Origin: Bacilli bacterium
GTDB taxonomy: Bacteria > Bacillota_I > Bacilli_A > RFN20 > CAG-826
Direction: 5' to 3'
Assembly (NCBI GenBank): GCA_045628045.1
Contig: JAZQOV010000006.1
Coordinates: 128,001 to 192,000 of the forward strand
Length of the DNA: 64,000 nt
Both the position numbers and the translations under genes were made by a program. Below, piece after piece: positions 41,626 through 50,494 of the stretch (its first letter is position 1; every line of letters starts with the position of its first letter). Below the pieces are notes generated by a model. The model was not told the origin of the DNA. It was given only the letters and a program-made list of their open reading frames with translations, and did no database searches.

Positions 41626-43683
41626 ATGTTTAAAGTCAAATCTCTTCTTGGTCTTGTTTCGGCCATATCTTCAATAGTAACTTATGTAAAATATGACCCT
41701 GAAGCTAAAATAAATGAGAATTTTAAACTTTCTGTAAATACTTTTGGAAATGAAGAATCTAGTTTTGACACCATAAGTTGGTTTGAAAATGATGACGAAT
41801 ATTCACTTTTTTTGCCATCAGATGTAGATAGAAGTTCTCTTAAGATTTATTTTTCTGGCGCTGAAACAATTGAAATCGGAAATACAACCTTGCATTCTGG
41901 AGACACCACAAATGTTTTCGCAGGAAGCGATTCATATTCAGTAAAAGTCGGAAATAATTCATATTCAGTAAAAATATTCCAATCAGAAAATATTCCATCA
42001 ATGTTTTTAGAAACAAAAAAACCATTAGACTATATTAATGAAGATAAAAACAACAAGACAACTGCTAAAATTCGTACATTCGAAAATGGAGAAATGACCC
42101 TTGATTCTGAATTAAAACAAATTAAAGGGCGTGGTAATTCAACATGGAACCATCCTAAAAAACCTTATAATATAAAATTTGATAAAAAGACCTCATTGCT
42201 CGGAATGGAGAAAGCCAAAAAATGGACGCTTTTAGCAAATTATCTTGACCCAGTTGCCAGTAAGAATGCTATAGGGTGGGAATTAGCTAAATATTTTGAG
42301 CAAGATTTTATTCCGGATTATCGATATGTTGATTTGTACATCAATAATGGCTATTACGGAAATTATATTGTTTGCGATCCTGTAGAAATCGGCGAAACAA
42401 GAATTGATATATTCGATCTTACAAAAGCAACCGAAAAAGCTAATGATGATGCAGATTTAGAAACATTCCCAATTGAATCTATGGAACCATTCAACAAACT
42501 TGCTAGAGCACAATGGGTTAATATTCCAAATGATCCAATAGATATAACTGGCGGCTATCTCCTTGAATGCGATTATCATGCTAGAGCCAGGAGCGAAGTG
42601 AGCCATTTTGTAACCTCTAGACAACAACATATTACAATAAAGGAGCCAGAATATGCTTCAAAAAAGCAAGTTGAATATATTGGAAACTTTTTCCAGGAAG
42701 CAGAGGACGCTCTTGTAAGTCCAACTGGATATAACAATCACGGCAAACATTACACCGATTATTTTGATATTGATTCACTTGTAAATTTCTATATTTTGCT
42801 TGAATTATCTGCGAACTCAGATGGAGGCATTTCATCAACTTTCTTTTATAAAGATAGGGGAGGAAAACTTTGTGCTGGGCCTCTTTGGGATAATGACTCA
42901 GCATTTGGAAACCTCGGCATTGCAAATAGAGTTACAAATACTGACCCAAGTCAATGGATTGTTAATCAGAATTATTACCAATACGATGATACTCCAGTAA
43001 ATGAATTACCGACAATTTACACAAGATTGTTTAGACTTCGTTCTTTTAGAGATAAAGTATGCGAAAGATGGAGCGAAATTAGGAACAATTTAACAGCAAC
43101 TGTTATAGATGAAACTGTTACTTCGATTCAAGAAATTACCAATAAATCTGTTTTAATAAACAGTTATAGATGGTATGGCGCAACAAACGAAGTAACTGCC
43201 AACTTACTTTTTAACTTATCTAAGGATTTTTTAACTACCAGAATAAAATACTTTGATATCGGATTTTCTAAGCATGCAGCTTACTTATTCTATGATGTAA
43301 ATGGCGGAAAAGGATACTGCGTTGAAAATAAAATAATGAGAGATGGACAATTTGTACTAGCAAATGGTCCTTATAACTCAGACATGAGAAAGATTACTAA
43401 TGTTGATAATATTTTTGGTGTTTATGAAGAAATAATTACCCCGATCAAACCTCCAAAAGACGACATGGTCTTTGTTGGATGGAACACTAGAAAAGACGGT
43501 AAGGGAAAAATGTATCGTCCAGGCGATCCAATCTTTATGTATGGCACCACCACTTTATACGCTCAATGGAAAGTCGCAACTGGAGATGAAAAAGATTACA
43601 ATGAACCAGGGCTTTTAGATAATCCTATCATTGAATTCTTGGGTTCAGTTCTTAATGCATTAAAACTTGTTTTAAATAATTAA
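41626..43683 (+). CDS. CotH-family kinase with C-terminal InlB B-repeat-like domain
   Basis: KGRGNSTW, KKPYNIK, WTLLAN, GPLWDND; C-terminal YDVNGG...FVGWNT...TLYAQW; SD AAGGAG. Confidence 0.85.
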   Translation: MFKVKSLLGLVSAISSIVTYVKYDPEAKINENFKLSVNTFGNEESSFDTISWFENDDEYSLFLPSDVDRSSLKIYFSGAETIEIGNTTLHSGDTTNVFAGSDSYSVKVGNNSYSVKIFQSENIPSMFLETKKPLDYINEDKNNKTTAKIRTFENGEMTLDSELKQIKGRGNSTWNHPKKPYNIKFDKKTSLLGMEKAKKWTLLANYLDPVASKNAIGWELAKYFEQDFIPDYRYVDLYINNGYYGNYIVCDPVEIGETRIDIFDLTKATEKANDDADLETFPIESMEPFNKLARAQWVNIPNDPIDITGGYLLECDYHARARSEVSHFVTSRQQHITIKEPEYASKKQVEYIGNFFQEAEDALVSPTGYNNHGKHYTDYFDIDSLVNFYILLELSANSDGGISSTFFYKDRGGKLCAGPLWDNDSAFGNLGIANRVTNTDPSQWIVNQNYYQYDDTPVNELPTIYTRLFRLRSFRDKVCERWSEIRNNLTATVIDETVTSIQEITNKSVLINSYRWYGATNEVTANLLFNLSKDFLTTRIKYFDIGFSKHAAYLFYDVNGGKGYCVENKIMRDGQFVLANGPYNSDMRKITNVDNIFGVYEEIITPIKPPKDDMVFVGWNTRKDGKGKMYRPGDPIFMYGTTTLYAQWKVATGDEKDYNEPGLLDNPIIEFLGSVLNALKLVLNN

Positions 43684-43685
43684 TC

Positions 43686-44417
43686 ATGGAAGAGAATAGA
43701 ACTAGAAATTTTGAACCTATTGAGATTGAACCAGGCAGACAAGTTGCCTTATTTTTGACTGGTTGGTTAGGATTTCAGTTAATGGCAATGTTATTGCAAT
43801 TTATTTTTCTTGCAATTTTTAAGTACATTCCAGATACAACAAATAGTCTTTTTAACATGACAGTAAATTGTACTGCCTATGCTCTTCTATTTACTGCTTT
43901 ACTATTTATAGTAACACCTCTAGCATTTAAAGACTTATTAAAAGGATTTAAAAAGCTTACTCCTTATGTCGCTGGAATTGCTTGTTTAGTTGCTATTCTT
44001 TCATTCAATTTTGTCTATGGAATCATTTTAAGTTTCATTAAAGTTCCAGTTAGTGACAATGTGAACGAGCAAAACATTGAAACAATGACAAAGATGTATT
44101 TCTTACCATCACTTATTTTCTTTGGGATTATTGGTCCTGTGTGTGAAGAATTAACCTACAGAGTAGGTTTGTTCTCACTTGGAGCACGTAAATCAAAATT
44201 CCTTGGTTACATTATTACCATTGTTGTATTTGCATTTATTCACTTTAATTTCGAACCAGATTCATTAGTAAATGAGCTTTTAAACTTACCTTATTATGCG
44301 TTCGCTGCACTAGCATTTTCATTTACATACGATAAATTTGGTTTTGCAGGTTCTGTCACAGGCCACATTCTAAATAATTTACTTTCAATTGTTTCAACAT
44401 ATTTATTAACAAGATGA
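43686..44417 (+). CDS. CPBP (CAAX/Abi) intramembrane metalloprotease
   Basis: PVCEELTYR, FAFIH, HILNN. Confidence 0.92.
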   Translation: MEENRTRNFEPIEIEPGRQVALFLTGWLGFQLMAMLLQFIFLAIFKYIPDTTNSLFNMTVNCTAYALLFTALLFIVTPLAFKDLLKGFKKLTPYVAGIACLVAILSFNFVYGIILSFIKVPVSDNVNEQNIETMTKMYFLPSLIFFGIIGPVCEELTYRVGLFSLGARKSKFLGYIITIVVFAFIHFNFEPDSLVNELLNLPYYAFAALAFSFTYDKFGFAGSVTGHILNNLLSIVSTYLLTR

Positions 44418-45256
44418 AAAAACAATTTTCGCTTCGTTCATTAACAGGTTTTTCTTTAAAAATAATCGCCATGATATCAATGACTTTTGATCATCTTGGT
44501 ATTTTTGTGCCTTTAATTGATTCACCATCATCCTCTGTAATAGCAGACATATTTCGTGCAATAGGCCGACTTGCATTACCTCTTTTCATCTTTTTAATTT
44601 CAGAAGGTGTTAGACACACTAAAAATGAGAAAAAGTATTTACTTCGACTTGGAATACTAGCTTCAACTTATCTTATTGGACAATTATTTATTTATCTTTT
44701 AGCAGAAGAGGCAATTACTTCTCCAATTATTGATTTATTGCTAACTGCAATTACTTTAATTTTATTAAAAAGAAAAGATAAATTTTCATTTTTTGCAATA
44801 CTTCCAATTGCATTCTCAATTCTTACTTTTGTGATTATAAATGTTAACCCGAATATCAAATGGGTCCCATTTATTTTAAGACCAGATTATTCGCTTTTTA
44901 GCATGCTTCTTGGCCTTGGATTTTACTACGCTAAACCAATAAGCATTTTCCTTCTTAAAAATAATCCAAATACTGCTAACTTAGTAGATACTTCATATCA
45001 AAGATATGCTGAGTCAATTATATCTGCTATTTTTGTTGTGGTATTATCTGGAATTTTCTACATTACTTTCTTAACTTTAGGAGTAAGTTATTCAGTGATT
45101 CCGGCACAAATATTTGCAATGCTTTCGTGCATTCCAATTTTGTTTTATTCAGGAAAGCGTGGTTATAACGCTAAATGGTTTCAAATTGGTTGCTATATTT
45201 ATGTTCCAACGCATTTGATTTTGATTGCAATTCCTTTCTTGCTAATATGTTTATGA
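44414..45256 (+). CDS. TraX family membrane protein (acyltransferase-like)
   Basis: LKIIAMISMTFDH, IGRLALPLF, EGVRHT, YSGKRG, YVPTH. Confidence 0.85.
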   Translation: MKKQFSLRSLTGFSLKIIAMISMTFDHLGIFVPLIDSPSSSVIADIFRAIGRLALPLFIFLISEGVRHTKNEKKYLLRLGILASTYLIGQLFIYLLAEEAITSPIIDLLLTAITLILLKRKDKFSFFAILPIAFSILTFVIINVNPNIKWVPFILRPDYSLFSMLLGLGFYYAKPISIFLLKNNPNTANLVDTSYQRYAESIISAIFVVVLSGIFYITFLTLGVSYSVIPAQIFAMLSCIPILFYSGKRGYNAKWFQIGCYIYVPTHLILIAIPFLLICL

Positions 45257-45265
45257 GGTGAAGAT

Positions 45266-45565
45266 ATGATTAAGCACTTAGAAAAAGCCGAAGATTTTGA
45301 AAAAGAAGTACAAGGCGAACTTGTCGTTGTTGATTTTTACGCTGACTGGTGTGGACCATGCCAAATGCTTGCACCTGTTCTTGAACAACTTGATAAAGAA
45401 ACAAATATAAAAATTGTTAAAATTGACACAGATTTAGTTCCAGAAATTGCCAGAATGTTTAGAGTTATGTCAATTCCAACACTTCTTTTATTCAAAAACG
45501 GAAAATTTGTAAAAAAAGATCTTGGTTACATGCCAATTGAAAGACTTAGAGAGTTCATTAAGTAA
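45266..45565 (+). CDS. trxA: Thioredoxin
   Basis: DFYADWCGPC, MSIPTL; SD GAGGTG. Confidence 0.97.
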   Translation: MIKHLEKAEDFEKEVQGELVVVDFYADWCGPCQMLAPVLEQLDKETNIKIVKIDTDLVPEIARMFRVMSIPTLLLFKNGKFVKKDLGYMPIERLREFIK

Positions 45566-45616
45566 AAAACTCTTTAATAAATTAAATCAGTGTGATATTA
45601 TTTTTCTCGCTGATTA

Positions 45617-45692
45617 GGATCCTTGGTCTATCGGTTTATGATGCCTCCCTGTCACGGAGGCGAGACGAGTTCGACTCTCGTAGGATCCGCCA
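45617..45692 (+). tRNA. tRNA-Asp (GTC)
   Basis: Acceptor GGATCCT/AGGATCC, anticodon arm CCTCC-CT-GTC-AC-GGAGG, TTCGA loop, encoded CCA. Confidence 0.97.
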
Positions 45693-45699
45693 GTATTTT

Positions 45700-45773
45700 G
45701 CAGGCGTAGTTCAGTGGTAGAACATCAGCCTTCCAAGCTGATTATACGGGTTCGATTCCCGCCGCCTGCTCCA
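45700..45773 (+). tRNA. tRNA-Gly (TCC)
   Basis: Acceptor GCAGGCG/CGCCTGC, anticodon arm TCAGC-CT-TCC-AA-GCTGA, discriminator T, CCA. Confidence 0.97.
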
Positions 45774-45806
45774 TTAGTTATTAATAGCTTATGCTATTGA
45801 TATAAT

Positions 45807-45882
45807 AAGTAATTAGTTTAATCTGAGGTTAATGACCCCTGGCGACTCCGAACAAGATTTGGGGAACTAATTACTTTTTTTC
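45807..45882 (+). ncRNA. Putative small structured RNA of unknown family (strand not certain)
   Basis: TGa-TATAAT at 45798-45806; 12-bp inverted repeat AAGTAATTAGTT/AACTAATTACTT enclosing a GC-richer core; ends in a T-run. Confidence 0.5.
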
Positions 45883-46161
45883 TTTCACTTTAATAAAATC
45901 GAGTTGAACATTATAAGGAAGTTTGCCTGAAAACAAATACTTAAAGTCTTCTTCTTGATTATGAATAATGTACATCGGTTGATTTTTGGTTGAATCAGGA
46001 TTTGGATCAATTTTCCAATTTAAATGATGACCTGATTTTGGTGATTTTGTCACTCTATGAAATTGATATTTGTCGCCATTCTCATCAACAATATAAGCAG
46101 GATGGCCACTTTTTAAATAAATTCGAAAATGTCGTCTAAAAACTCTTTTCATAAAAAACAT
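45871..46161 (-). CDS. Small basic protein, possible PemK/MazF-like fold
   Basis: SD GAAGGAG (46171-46165), ATG at 46161 or 46152; HPAYIV...HRVTKS...NP spacing resembles the RPAVVL...VPITS pattern of PemK/MazF. Confidence 0.55.
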   Translation of the reverse strand: MFFMKRVFRRHFRIYLKSGHPAYIVDENGDKYQFHRVTKSPKSGHHLNWKIDPNPDSTKNQPMYIIHNQEEDFKYLFSGKLPYNVQLDFIKVKEKK

Positions 46162-46304
46162 AAGCTCCTTCAAAACAAATTAATAGACATGTGAGAAGAA
46201 GGAATCACATGGTTTTTATGAATCCCAAATCATAATACCAAATTTTAATTAAAAATTAAATGTTTCTTGAAAGCATTTTTTTATTACTTTATAATAAAGA
46301 AATT

Positions 46305-47336
46305 ATGACACCTGTATTATGGTTATTACTATATTTAGTACTTGCAGCAATAGTCGTATTTTTAGCTATTAAACTTTCAGACTATGTTGATCTTTTAGAT
46401 AAGAAAACAAAACTTTCAGGAGCTTTACTTGGAGGCATTCTTTTAGCAGCGGTAACCTCGTTACCTGAGCTTTTTACTTCTCTAACCGGAACAGTTATTC
46501 TTGGAAATAACCAAATGGTTTTAGGCAACATTATGGGAAGTGATTTCTTTGATATTGTTATTTTTGGTGTTGTTTATTTCCTTTTCTTTAAAAAAATAAC
46601 TGAGGGAAAAGTTGGAAAGCAACATTATTACACCATTTTCTTTACAGCCTTAATGGTTGCTGCGGTTACAGTTGCATATTTTGTATTCCATAAACAACAT
46701 TGGTTAATTGGCGGTTATTTTAACCCAATGTCAATTGCAATAATTGCAATTTATTGCATTTCTGTTTGGAAAACACCAAAAACTGAAGAAAAAGAGAAAG
46801 AAGAAGATACTTCAAAACTCACTGTAAAACAAATCTGGACTTTATTTGCAATTTGCTCGGCTTTATTAATTGCTGCATCAATCTTTGTCACAATAGTCAC
46901 AGATAAAGTTATTAGCGAGGATGAAGGCTTTGGGTTTGGTGCCACCTTTGGTGGTTCACTCTTCCTTGGCGTTGCAACATCTCTTCCAGAAGTCACCGCT
47001 ACCATCGCTCTTTGCAAAAAGAAAAACTTTGATGCAGCTTATGGAGATATCTTTGGAAGTTGTGTTTTCAACATCATAATTCTTGCAATTGCTGATGCTC
47101 TTTCATTTAAAGCAAGTACTCATTTATATCAAGTTGATGCTTCATCATTTATGTTAATTATTGGAACAGTCTTCGCACTTATTGTTTCATTAATTTCAAT
47201 CATCTTTATTCGTTCAAAGAAATTCAAAAATAATATTCAATCAAGAATCGTCTTATATTCAATTGGAGCTTTGCTCATTGCTTCATATATCGCTTATCTA
47301 GTTTTATCAAATATGGGCCTAGTTTTACCTTTCTAA
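46305..47336 (+). CDS. Sodium:calcium (CaCA) antiporter
   Basis: Two alpha-repeats, TSLPEL...GNIMGS and ATSLPEV...GDIFGS; promoter TTGAAA-17-TATAAT (46267-46295) places the start at ATG 46305. Confidence 0.9.
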   Translation: MTPVLWLLLYLVLAAIVVFLAIKLSDYVDLLDKKTKLSGALLGGILLAAVTSLPELFTSLTGTVILGNNQMVLGNIMGSDFFDIVIFGVVYFLFFKKITEGKVGKQHYYTIFFTALMVAAVTVAYFVFHKQHWLIGGYFNPMSIAIIAIYCISVWKTPKTEEKEKEEDTSKLTVKQIWTLFAICSALLIAASIFVTIVTDKVISEDEGFGFGATFGGSLFLGVATSLPEVTATIALCKKKNFDAAYGDIFGSCVFNIIILAIADALSFKASTHLYQVDASSFMLIIGTVFALIVSLISIIFIRSKKFKNNIQSRIVLYSIGALLIASYIAYLVLSNMGLVLPF

Positions 47337-47337
47337 T

Positions 47338-47931
47338 ATGTTTGAACTTTTAGTAGCATCCAACAATCAACACAAAATCCACGAATATGAAGAAATGTTC
47401 GCCGGTTTTGATGTAAAAATTCATTCTCCAAAAGAGCTTGGAATTAACGTTAATCCAGATGAAAATGGAGAAACTTATGAAGCAAACTCATTAATTAAAG
47501 CAAGCGCTTTAGCTGAGTTCACAAAAATGCCAATTATTGCTGATGATTCTGGTTTAAATGTTGTAGCCTTGGATAACTTCCCGGGAATTCATTCTTCAAG
47601 ATTCGCAGATTCGTGCGGAGGAAATAAATTCGCTAATCCAGAATTAATTAAAAAACTTCTTCCGTTTGAAGATAAATCAGCGTTCTTTACATGTGTAATT
47701 ACTTTAGTAAATGTTGAAAATAGTCCTGTTGTGTTCAAAGGAATTTGCCCTGGTAAAATACTTGATAAACCAGAAGGAGAGGGTGGATTTGGTTATGATC
47801 CAATCTTCTACTCAAACGAAGCTAAGATGTGCTTTGGAACAGCTCCTGAAGAAATTAAAAACAAATATTCCCATCGTGCTAAAGCAATGGAACAATTACT
47901 TAATTATTTAAAAGAAAAGCATCTTATTTAA
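47338..47931 (+). CDS. rdgB: Non-canonical purine NTP pyrophosphatase
   Basis: ASNNQHK, ADDSGL, PGIHS, GFGYDPIF, SHR. Confidence 0.96.
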   Translation: MFELLVASNNQHKIHEYEEMFAGFDVKIHSPKELGINVNPDENGETYEANSLIKASALAEFTKMPIIADDSGLNVVALDNFPGIHSSRFADSCGGNKFANPELIKKLLPFEDKSAFFTCVITLVNVENSPVVFKGICPGKILDKPEGEGGFGYDPIFYSNEAKMCFGTAPEEIKNKYSHRAKAMEQLLNYLKEKHLI

Positions 47932-47977
47932 AAACTTACTTTATAAAAAGTAGAAAAATGATATAATACTTCTCGCT

Positions 47978-48068
47978 GGAGTAGTACCCAAGAGGCTCAA
48001 GGGGACGGTTTGCTAAACCGTTAGACCGGGTTACTGGTGCATGGGTTCGAATCCCATCTACTCCGCCA
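47978..48068 (+). tRNA. tRNA-Ser (GCT)
   Basis: GGAGTAG/CTACTCC acceptor, ACGGT-TT-GCT-AA-ACCGT, long variable arm, GCCA end; TGaTATAAT at 47959-47967. Confidence 0.97.
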
Positions 48069-48078
48069 TTAAAAATTT

Positions 48079-48103
48079 AAATAGCGCTAAGCGCTATTTT
48101 TTT
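48079..48103 (+). terminator. Terminator after tRNA-Ser(GCT)
   Basis: AAATAGCG...CGCTATTT hairpin followed by T-run. Confidence 0.75.
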
Positions 48104-48117
48104 ATATAATAAGAACT

Positions 48118-49011
48118 ATGAAAAAGATATTTCCATTACTCTTATTCTCGTTAACCTTAACAGGTTGTGATTTTTCATTCTTTGCTCTAAAAGAGCAAGA
48201 AACCACCACTCAAGATGATAAAGAAGATTCTGAAAATCATGATTGGATTATTTCTTATGATGATTATGGTGCGTTTTTAGGAAGAAGCGAAAACAACACT
48301 CAAGGATTCGAGAACTACAATTATTTATCTTTTGAATTTGATGAATTTTCTGACTCAAACATTCAAAAACTTAACAATAAAGGAATTAAAACTTTTGCAT
48401 ATTTAAATGTTGGTTCCTTAGAAGAATATAGATCTTATTACAATGATTTTAAAAATATCACCATAGGTGAATATGAAAACTGGGAAGATGAAGCTTGGAT
48501 TGATGTTTCAAATTCTTCTTGGCAAAATTTCATCGTTAACACCATTGCTAAAGGTTTTAAAGATCGTGGAGCATTTGGAGTTTACATGGACAATGTTGAC
48601 GTCTACACTGTCGCTAAAGAAAGTAGACTTAATTACTCAAGCTATGCTTCCGGACTTAAAAATATTATTAAGGGAGTCTCTGACCTTGGATTAAAAGTTA
48701 TGATTAATGGCGGATCAGAATTCCTTGATGATATGAACGATAAAAATGATGATATTTTTGATTCTATTTGGGGTTATCATCAAGAAGAAGTCTTCTCACT
48801 TATTGAAGATTACGACAAGAATATTTTCGGAAAACAAACAGCTGAAGATAGTGAATATTACAAAGAAATTGCAAGTATGATGGCAAATAAAGGTAAAAAT
48901 ATGTTTTTACTTGAATACACAAAAGACGAAAATTTAGCTCAAACAATTAAACAATATTGTGAAATAAATCATTACCATTTCTACATAGCAAAAAGTATCG
49001 AACTTGATTAG
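48118..49011 (+). CDS. Lipoprotein, GH114/PelA-like endo-alpha-1,4-polygalactosaminidase family
   Basis: Lipobox LTG-C17; AYLNVGSLEEYR, YENWEDE, GVYMDNVDVY, QEEV, LLEY. Confidence 0.8.
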   Translation: MKKIFPLLLFSLTLTGCDFSFFALKEQETTTQDDKEDSENHDWIISYDDYGAFLGRSENNTQGFENYNYLSFEFDEFSDSNIQKLNNKGIKTFAYLNVGSLEEYRSYYNDFKNITIGEYENWEDEAWIDVSNSSWQNFIVNTIAKGFKDRGAFGVYMDNVDVYTVAKESRLNYSSYASGLKNIIKGVSDLGLKVMINGGSEFLDDMNDKNDDIFDSIWGYHQEEVFSLIEDYDKNIFGKQTAEDSEYYKEIASMMANKGKNMFLLEYTKDENLAQTIKQYCEINHYHFYIAKSIELD

Positions 49012-49096
49012 TAAAAATATTTTTTAAAAAATTTTTTACTCTTTTTTTACGCTGTGTAATAATATAGGTGCTTTTATAAATAAAGGAGGAATATTG

Positions 49097-49765
49097 ATGG
49101 ATAAAATAAAAACAACCGATTTATTTGAAAAAAGCAACATCGATTATATCGATAACTTTGTATTTTCAAAGGAAAACCCTTGGGAATTGCTCAAAGATAT
49201 AAAAGATTACGTTATGTCACTTATATCAAAAGGAATGGAAGGTTTTACCTTACTTGATAAAGATGTTTTAGTTGGTAAAGATGTTAAAATTGCAAAAACT
49301 GCAACAATCATCGGACCAACAATCATCGGCAATAACGTTGAAATTAGACCAGGAGCTTATATTCGTGGTTCAGTCATTGTTGGAGATGAATCTGTAGTTG
49401 GTAATTCTTCGGAATTAAAGAACGCAGTTTTAATGAGGCACACACAAGTTCCACATTATAACTATGCTGGAGATTCAATTCTTGGAAACTATGCTCACAT
49501 GGGGGCAGGTTCAATTCTCTCAAACCTTAAAAGCGATGGCAAAAACATTGTTATTCATGGTGAAAAAGAACACGAAACCGGTTTAAGAAAAATCGGCGGA
49601 ATTCTTGGAGACCACGCTGACATCGGATGTGGTTCAGTTCTTAATCCAGGAACAATCGTTGGTAAAAATACTCAAGTATATCCATTAAGTATGCTTAGAG
49701 GCGTCTATAAAGAAAACTCAATTGTAAAATCAACCAAAGAAGTTGTAAAAAAGGAGATCAGATAA
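49097..49765 (+). CDS. Hexapeptide-repeat acetyltransferase similar to the GlmU C-terminal domain
   Basis: IIGPTIIG, RPGAYIRG, PHYNYAGDSILG, RKIGGILGD, LNPGT; SD AGGAGG. Confidence 0.85.
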   Translation: MDKIKTTDLFEKSNIDYIDNFVFSKENPWELLKDIKDYVMSLISKGMEGFTLLDKDVLVGKDVKIAKTATIIGPTIIGNNVEIRPGAYIRGSVIVGDESVVGNSSELKNAVLMRHTQVPHYNYAGDSILGNYAHMGAGSILSNLKSDGKNIVIHGEKEHETGLRKIGGILGDHADIGCGSVLNPGTIVGKNTQVYPLSMLRGVYKENSIVKSTKEVVKKEIR

Positions 49766-49766
49766 T

Positions 49767-50489
49767 ATGAAAATTGTAGTTAACAAAGAAGAAGTCATCT
49801 CAAAGATGATCGCAGAAGATTTTATTAATGTTGTACTTAAAAAACCTAACGCAGTTTTAGGTTTAGCAACCGGAACTTCACCACTTGGCGTTTACGCCAA
49901 CATGGCAAAAGCTTGCAAAGAAGGCAGAGTTTCATTTGCAAAATGTACTTCATTCAACCTTGATGAATATGTTGGCCTTGAAGGCACACATAATCAATCA
50001 TACAGATATTTCATGAACGAAAATCTTTTCAACCACATCGATATTGATAAAAAGAACACAAACGTTCTTCTCGGTGTTGGCGATTACAAGAAATTCATGA
50101 GTGAATACGATGGCATGATTGCAAAAGCAGGCGGAATAGATATTCAAATCCTTGGCATTGGTTCTGACGGCCACATCGCATTTAATGAACCAGGTACACC
50201 ATTTGATTCATTAACACATGAAACTGCACTTACTGAACAAACTATCAAAGATAATTCTCGTTTATTTAACGATATCAGCGAAGTTCCAACACGCGCAGTT
50301 ACAATGGGACTTAAATCAATCATGAACGCTAAAAAGATCGTTCTTATCGCTACAGGCAAAAATAAAGCAAAAGCCGTTTACGGCTTAATCAAAGGTCCTA
50401 TGACCGAAGATATGCCTTGCTCAATTCTTCAAAAACATAACGATGTCACTGTTTATGTTGATGAAGATGCATATTCACTTTGTAAATAG
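49767..50489 (+). CDS. nagB: Glucosamine-6-phosphate deaminase
   Basis: LGLATGTSP, FNLDEY, GIGSDGHIAFNEPG, VTMG. Confidence 0.97.
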   Translation: MKIVVNKEEVISKMIAEDFINVVLKKPNAVLGLATGTSPLGVYANMAKACKEGRVSFAKCTSFNLDEYVGLEGTHNQSYRYFMNENLFNHIDIDKKNTNVLLGVGDYKKFMSEYDGMIAKAGGIDIQILGIGSDGHIAFNEPGTPFDSLTHETALTEQTIKDNSRLFNDISEVPTRAVTMGLKSIMNAKKIVLIATGKNKAKAVYGLIKGPMTEDMPCSILQKHNDVTVYVDEDAYSLCK

Positions 50490-50494
50490 TGTCA

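Noticed and set aside
44414-45256. TraX as evidence of a conjugative element
   Set aside because: No other tra/T4SS, relaxase or integrase genes; TraX-family genes commonly occur alone on chromosomes
45807-45882. Hammerhead or HDV-like (theta) ribozyme after tRNA-Gly
   Set aside because: No CUGANGA...GAAA core, it is not directly adjacent to the tRNA 3' end, and I could not build a nested double pseudoknot; kept only as an unknown RNA
46165-46225. SAM-II or preQ1 riboswitch identity for the UTR pseudoknot
   Set aside because: Only a UGAUU resemblance; the A-rich L3 and other conserved ligand-binding bases are missing, and the downstream gene is unrelated
45856-46231. 8-bp inverted repeat GATTTGGG / CCCAAATC flanking the PemK-like ORF, as TIRs or 5'-3' mRNA pairing
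   Set aside because: Only 8 bp, no target-site duplication seen, and the upstream copy lies mostly before the predicted TSS
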